A stretch of DNA of 33,507 nucleotides, taken from the NCBI GenBank assembly GCA_002269645.1, contig NIVC01003884.1, forward strand, positions 1 through 33,507, in the 5' to 3' direction. The position numbers were made by a program, and so were the translations under genes. Shown here in pieces: positions 23,780 to 33,507 of the stretch. This stretch comes from Macrostomum lignano. Lineage: Eukaryota. The notes beneath the pieces were generated by a model. It made no database searches. It was not told the origin of the DNA and saw only the letters and a list, made by a program, of their open reading frames with translations. Numbering within the stretch: position 1 is the stretch's first letter; every line of letters starts with the position of its first letter.

Positions 23780-25336
23780 ATGGAATCGGTCTCCGCCGCC
23801 GCGTCAGTTCGATCGCTGGCCGCTGACAGCAGCTCGAAGTCGGATTTCGAAGATCGAATTGATGACAGCGGCAACAACGACTTCGGGCTGGACTCCGACG
23901 GCATCGAGCAGCTCTACGAGTTGCTGCAGCGGCAGCTTGATCGACGCGATGAGGAACCGTCGCCTACGTCGGCATCGACTCGGCTGCCGGACTGGCAGTT
24001 TCTCGTGTCGTCGTCCTCAGCCGAGGGTCCCGACGACAGCGGCGGGGCGCAGCAGCTTCGGCCCCGACGCGGTCAAGCGCACCGGCGCGGCTCCGAGTTC
24101 CAGCCGGCTGTGGTCGGTCAAAACCAGTCGGTGCAGCGGCAGGCGCAGCGCCTGCTCCGTCAGTGGTTCGCCGAGCAGCGCTCCCAGCTGGAGAAGCTCG
24201 CCGGCTTGCAGCGGGTCGCCCGCCGCCGTCTTGCCGGTCTGCATCTCGACAGGCGGCGCCAGGCGCGGGAGCGGGCGCGCCGGCGCCAGGACGAGGCCAG
24301 GCTGGACGCGCAGCGAGCCGACGAGAGGCAGCGCTGGCGCCAAGAATTGGCGCTAATCGAGCGCGCCATGGCGGAGTTGAGCTCGGCGGCTACGGCGGCC
24401 GATGACTCCACGGAGTCGCCGCCAGCTCCTTCTTCGAGGCTGGAGGCGGTTGAAGAACCGCAGCAGCAGCCGCCGCCGCCATCATCTGAACTGGTCACCC
24501 TGACGGCCAAGGTGCTGGAAGTTGACCGGGCCGGCTACAGAGCCGCCGCTGCCAACGCGCCAGATGCGCCGGAGCTGCTGGCGCTGACCCGGTCTCGCAG
24601 CAAGAGTTTCATTCGAGAGGCCAGCGGCAACCTGCGGCCGGCCGAGGCCGACCCGACGCCTGAATATCTGGCGGAGCTCAACTTGCCGCCGCTGACGAAA
24701 GTCAAAGAAACTGCATGCAGCAGCACCGCCAAGAAGAAAGCCAAGAAAAAGCAGGTGACAATTGTGGAATCCCAGCCAGCCGGAGGCCAGCTCCCGCCAG
24801 TGTTGAAGCCGCCGGCATCGAGAAAGCCGTCAGACTCCGAGCGTCGGGCCGTTCGACGCCAGACGGAGGAGCGGCGCATCCTGGACCAGCCGTTCCGGCG
24901 CTACCGACTGGCACCGGACGGCCGGCTCGAGCCGCTGGAGTCGTCACTGCCCGCCGCCCGGTTCTCCATGGTTGGCGAGCCGTCAAACCGGCCGCTGTAC
25001 GAGCACCGGAAGCGGCTGGAGCAGGCCAGGGCGGACCAGCTGGAGAGCATGCGAAGGCTGGACGAGCGAACGGCGGACATGCTGAGGACCGCGCAGGCCG
25101 CCACCGCCGCCGCCATGGTGCAACAGCGCCGTCCGGAGAGAGCTGCTCCTCCCCCGGCAGCTGCGGCATCGGGTCCCGCAGCCTGGGCGAGCGTGTTCAT
25201 CAGGAACGAACTGCCGGAAGGCGTGCAGCCGGGCAGCCTGGAGGCGATGCGCTACGTCGAGTACATCAGGCCGGATCCGCTGAGACCGGACAGGCCGGCC
25301 GGCATTGAGCACGTGTTTAGCGATCTGCAGAATTGA
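23780..25336 (+). CDS. Intronless hypothetical protein, 518 aa, Arg/Ala/Glu-rich with predicted coiled coils
   Basis: Long, non-repetitive, GC3-rich ORF. The first ATG in frame is at 23780; the TTG start at 23657 runs through a (CT)n tract. No family recognised. Confidence 0.8.
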   Translation: MESVSAAASVRSLAADSSSKSDFEDRIDDSGNNDFGLDSDGIEQLYELLQRQLDRRDEEPSPTSASTRLPDWQFLVSSSSAEGPDDSGGAQQLRPRRGQAHRRGSEFQPAVVGQNQSVQRQAQRLLRQWFAEQRSQLEKLAGLQRVARRRLAGLHLDRRRQARERARRRQDEARLDAQRADERQRWRQELALIERAMAELSSAATAADDSTESPPAPSSRLEAVEEPQQQPPPPSSELVTLTAKVLEVDRAGYRAAAANAPDAPELLALTRSRSKSFIREASGNLRPAEADPTPEYLAELNLPPLTKVKETACSSTAKKKAKKKQVTIVESQPAGGQLPPVLKPPASRKPSDSERRAVRRQTEERRILDQPFRRYRLAPDGRLEPLESSLPAARFSMVGEPSNRPLYEHRKRLEQARADQLESMRRLDERTADMLRTAQAATAAAMVQQRRPERAAPPPAAAASGPAAWASVFIRNELPEGVQPGSLEAMRYVEYIRPDPLRPDRPAGIEHVFSDLQN

Positions 25337-25650
25337 TTGTTCCTCTGTTGAGACCCGAGCTCAGGAATTTAGAGCTGCTTAGTTAGTAGTATGTGAAGCT
25401 TATTTACAGCTCAGCGCTTAACAAGTCTGACTCACGGGTTGGATCACGTGACCTTGATTTACGAGTATTTTCATAACGATGCGAACAACTATTTATACGT
25501 TGTAAATATTTGAATCTGGCTACTTATAGTACGTGAAGTCAAAGGGAACAACCAGACCTCTTTTTTCTTTTTTTAGCTTTAATTTCTTTAGCTGCGAGAT
25601 TGAATTCAAAGTTGTTAAGTTGTTTGAGGCGCGATTAAATGGATTCTCTG

Positions 25651-25990
25651 TTTTGGCGCCAATTTGAATGTCCAGCCGTTGTGGCGCCAATTTGAATGTC
25701 CAGCAGTTGTGGCGCCAATTTGAATGTCCAGCAGTTGTGGCGCCAATTTGAATGTCTAGCAGTTTTGGAACCAATTTGAATCAACAGTTGTGGCGCCAAT
25801 TTGAATGTCCAGCAGTTGTGGCGCCAATTTGAATGTCTATAGTTTTGGCGCCAAATTAAATAATTAGTTTTGGCACCAATTTGAATGTCTATTTTTGGCG
25901 CCAATTTGAATGTCCAGCAGTTGTAGCGCCAGTTTGAATGCCTAGCAGTTGTGGCGCCAATTTCAATATCCAGTAGTTGTGGCACCAAAT
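25651..25990. repeat. 28-bp minisatellite (CCAATTTGAATGTCCAGCAGTTGTGGCG), ~12 copies
   Basis: Directly visible; contains the palindrome TGGCGCCA. Confidence 0.92.
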
Positions 25991-26554
25991 GCAATGGTTA
26001 TACATATAAATGTAGAAGAAAACTCATTAAAAAACGGATAGTTTCGTAAAAATCCCATCCCCTCGACATTGATATGCATGTATTGCAAATTCTAACAGAG
26101 AATTTTATAACTTTCACTTCCTACAATATTGCAGCAGTTGCTGAGAGAGAAGAGGCCTTTATTGCAGGCGGCTACTCAGAACTGAAAGAAATGCTTAGTA
26201 ATAGCTGTGGCTCCTTGGCCACAGGTGCGGAGTGCCCATACCCGCCCCTCTGAAATCACCCCCCCCCCTCGGTTCTGTCGCTGAACAGCTGTCGGGCGCT
26301 GACCAACTCGAACCGTGCCCTCTATTTTTTGGTCTCTGCTTTTAGAAGCTAGAAGAACGGCTTAGACAAGAGAGCCAAACAGAACCAAGGACATCTCAAA
26401 GCTAGAAATCTGGACTAGAAATAAGTTTATGTCGATGATTCAGAGGCAGAAATTACACAATTTCATAACTGGTTAAGACAAAACTCAGCTGCCAGTCCAG
26501 ATGCTGCAACAAGGACGCGACGAACAGAAAGATTTATATTAAAAGCAATTTTTG

Positions 26555-26969
26555 GGAGTGAATCTATGGAGTGACTCTCTTAGATTCGATTCTAAAAATA
26601 GAACTCTATGGAGTGAATCTAGCGAGTGACTCTCTCAGATTCGATTCTAAAAATAGAACTCTATGGAGTGAATCTAGCGAGTGACTCTCTTAGATTCGAT
26701 TCTAAAAATAGAACTCTATGGAGTGAATCTAGCGAGTGACTCTCTTAGATTCGATTCTAAAAATAGAACTCTATGGAGTGAATCTAGCGAGTGACTCTCT
26801 TAGATTCGATTCTAAAAATAGAACTCTATGGAGTGAATCTAGCGAGTGACTCTCTTAGATTCGATTCTAAAAATAGAACTCTATGGAGTGAATCTAGCGA
26901 GTGACTCTCTTAGATTCGATTCTAAAAATAGAACTCTATGGAGTGAATCTAGCTAGTGATTCTTAGATT
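26555..26969. repeat. 55-bp near-perfect tandem repeat, ~7.5 copies, ~180 bp upstream of the PDI start
   Basis: Period 55 at 26581, 26636, 26691 and 26746. Confidence 0.96.
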
Positions 26970-27147
26970 ATTAGGCAGTTTTGAAAGCTCTGGATCACGA
27001 TCTCAGGCAGCCAATCGCAGACCAGATAGACGGACCCCTATAAGATTAAATTCTTAAGCAATGGCATAAAATGCTCCAACCCCAACCCTTGAACTCCTCT
27101 CTGCAAATTTCTCGGCAAAAGAAGATAAGTTATTTTAAAGCATAGAA

Positions 27148-32170
<5,023 letters not shown>

Positions 32171-32195
32171 AATTTGTCGAGATTTTGTCTTCGCC

Positions 32196-32209
32196 GTTGC
32201 TATGGCAAC
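32196..32209. promoter_or_regulatory. RFX X-box-like palindrome GTTGCTATGGCAAC
   Basis: One mismatch from the canonical GTTGCCATGGCAAC; lies between the PDI stop and the next GC-rich region. Confidence 0.55.
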
Positions 32210-32871
32210 GATAATCTTCAGTTTGAAAAATTAGTGCTAAATTCAATGACAAGTTTAATATAGCAACAATTTATCAATAATGATATCTATTCGCCTACTA
32301 CATGAATACAATAACTACAATGCATCAGCTGATAAATGCAAAAAATTTAGTTTGAGATTCATATTCGCGAATGCCTACTGACTTTAGAGAAAAAAATAAG
32401 TAGCGTTTTTTGCGCATTAACGCAGTTAAGTTATTTTCCGTGTTTTATTGGTCTCTCGAGTCAGGGGAAGCCACAGAATCGCATAGTGGGGATCTGCCGC
32501 AGGGCTGCTCTTGCTCAAAGCCAGCTGCAGCAAAAAATTCCAACGAAACGCATTGAATTTGAAAACTGTGGCCACCACGCCGGACATTCCCGCGCCGGTG
32601 GCAACCCGGCGAAGACAGGCCAGGAGGCGTTGGCCAATGCCGCGCCTGCGACAGTCCGGCGCTACCTGCCAGCAATATAGTAGTAAAAATAGAGTTTTTT
32701 GCTATTTTTAATATAGCTGCAACGAAACTTAAAAAGCCCCACTAAGCCTACGTAGCGAAGTTGATTTGACGCGAAAGACCGGGTTCGATTCGGTGTTACA
32801 AAAATAAACTTGAATGCATAAAGCCTGACTCTCATAGAACAATGCTGAACACAGTTTGACATCGTAGCACT

Positions 32872-33163
32872 TGCCTGAATCTCATAGCAACTGCTTGAAT
32901 CTCATAGCACCTGCTGAATCTCATAGCACTTGCCTGAATCTCATAGCACTTGCCTAAATCTCATAGCACTAGCCTGAATCTCATAGCACTAATCTGAATC
33001 TCATAGCACTTGCCTGAATCTCATAGCACTTGCCTGAATCTCATAGCACTTGCCTGAATCTCATAGCACTGCCTGAATCTCATAGCACTTGCCTGAATCT
33101 CATAGCACTAACCTGAATCTCATAGCACTAGCCTGAATCTCATAGCACTACCTGAATCTCATA
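32872..33163. repeat. 20-bp minisatellite (CCTGAATCTCATAGCACTTG), ~14 copies
   Basis: Period 20 is directly visible. Confidence 0.95.
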
Positions 33164-33177
33164 CAAATATAGCACAG

Positions 33178-33507
33178 GTTTGCCTCCAAATCGAACCGAA
33201 AGTTGGCCAACCCGACAATCTGCTGCTGGCCGCAGTCAGCAACGCCTGCGGCCTCTTCTGGAAGGCGGCAAGCACAGAAATAAGCCTTCGGGGAACAGCT
33301 CTCTGCGTTTAGCCGAGTCGCTCCAGCCCCAGGCGCTGCGCCGGTACATGTCGCGCATGTTCGACCGGACCAGTCGAAGGCGCAGGGCCGAAGGCAGACG
33401 TCGAGGTTCCGAGCTCGACGACAGACCAGTGACCGCTAGCGGTATCGACAGCCGGCGAATTCGACGCGTCGACAGCGAATGCCGACAAAGGGTCGTCGAT
33501 GAGGCTG
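33178..33507 (+). CDS. Probable exon of a further gene, running off the window (LPPNRTESW...AESLQPQALRRYMSRMFDR...VVDEA)
   Basis: Follows CACAG at the end of the 20-bp array; the frame is open for 110 codons to the window end and is GC3-rich in the middle. The in-register antisense frame is also open for ~65 codons. Confidence 0.4.

Noticed and set aside
14521-25312. Minus-strand and alternative-frame ORFs overlapping the real exons (e.g. 14521..15318, 17060..17518, 24160..24510, 24715..25308)
   Set aside because: They are shadow ORFs of GC-rich coding sequence.
26555-26969. CRISPR-like appearance of hairpin-containing repeats (also 18086..18763)
   Set aside because: The units are head-to-tail with no unique spacers, there are no cas genes, and the context is eukaryotic.

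Overview
Eukaryotic (metazoan) genomic DNA, not prokaryotic. GC3-rich exons alternate with AT-rich spacers, and about 20 unrelated micro/minisatellite arrays are present, many filling introns. This style is reminiscent of the free-living flatworm Macrostomum, which is an inference only. Two multi-exon genes were reconstructed by hand with in-phase GT-AG junctions. (1) join(13578..14009,14509..15285,15833..15982,16691..17896,18813..19445), 1065 aa. It has an N-terminal CECR2/RSF1-type DDT-WHIM module (ISWI-partner fold) in frame with BCL9/Legless-type HD1 (Pygopus-binding) and HD2 (beta-catenin-binding) motifs plus two further Legless-like C-terminal motifs. This apparent fusion of a chromatin-remodeller subunit with a Wnt co-activator is the most interesting thing in the window. 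(2) join(27148..27415,29465..29660,30244..30470,30939..31364,31977..32170), 436 aa, a PDIA5-like ER protein disulfide isomerase with three catalytic thioredoxin domains and C-terminal KEEL. Also present: an intronless 518-aa coiled-coil orphan ORF (23780..25336), a probable partial gene at the right edge with a near-perfect RFX X-box upstream, and a possible minus-strand terminal exon. Almost all long ORFs in the supplied track are artefacts of tandem repeats. No rRNA, tRNA, CRISPR array or recognisable transposase was found. All domain calls rest on remembered family sequences aligned by eye, not on database searches.
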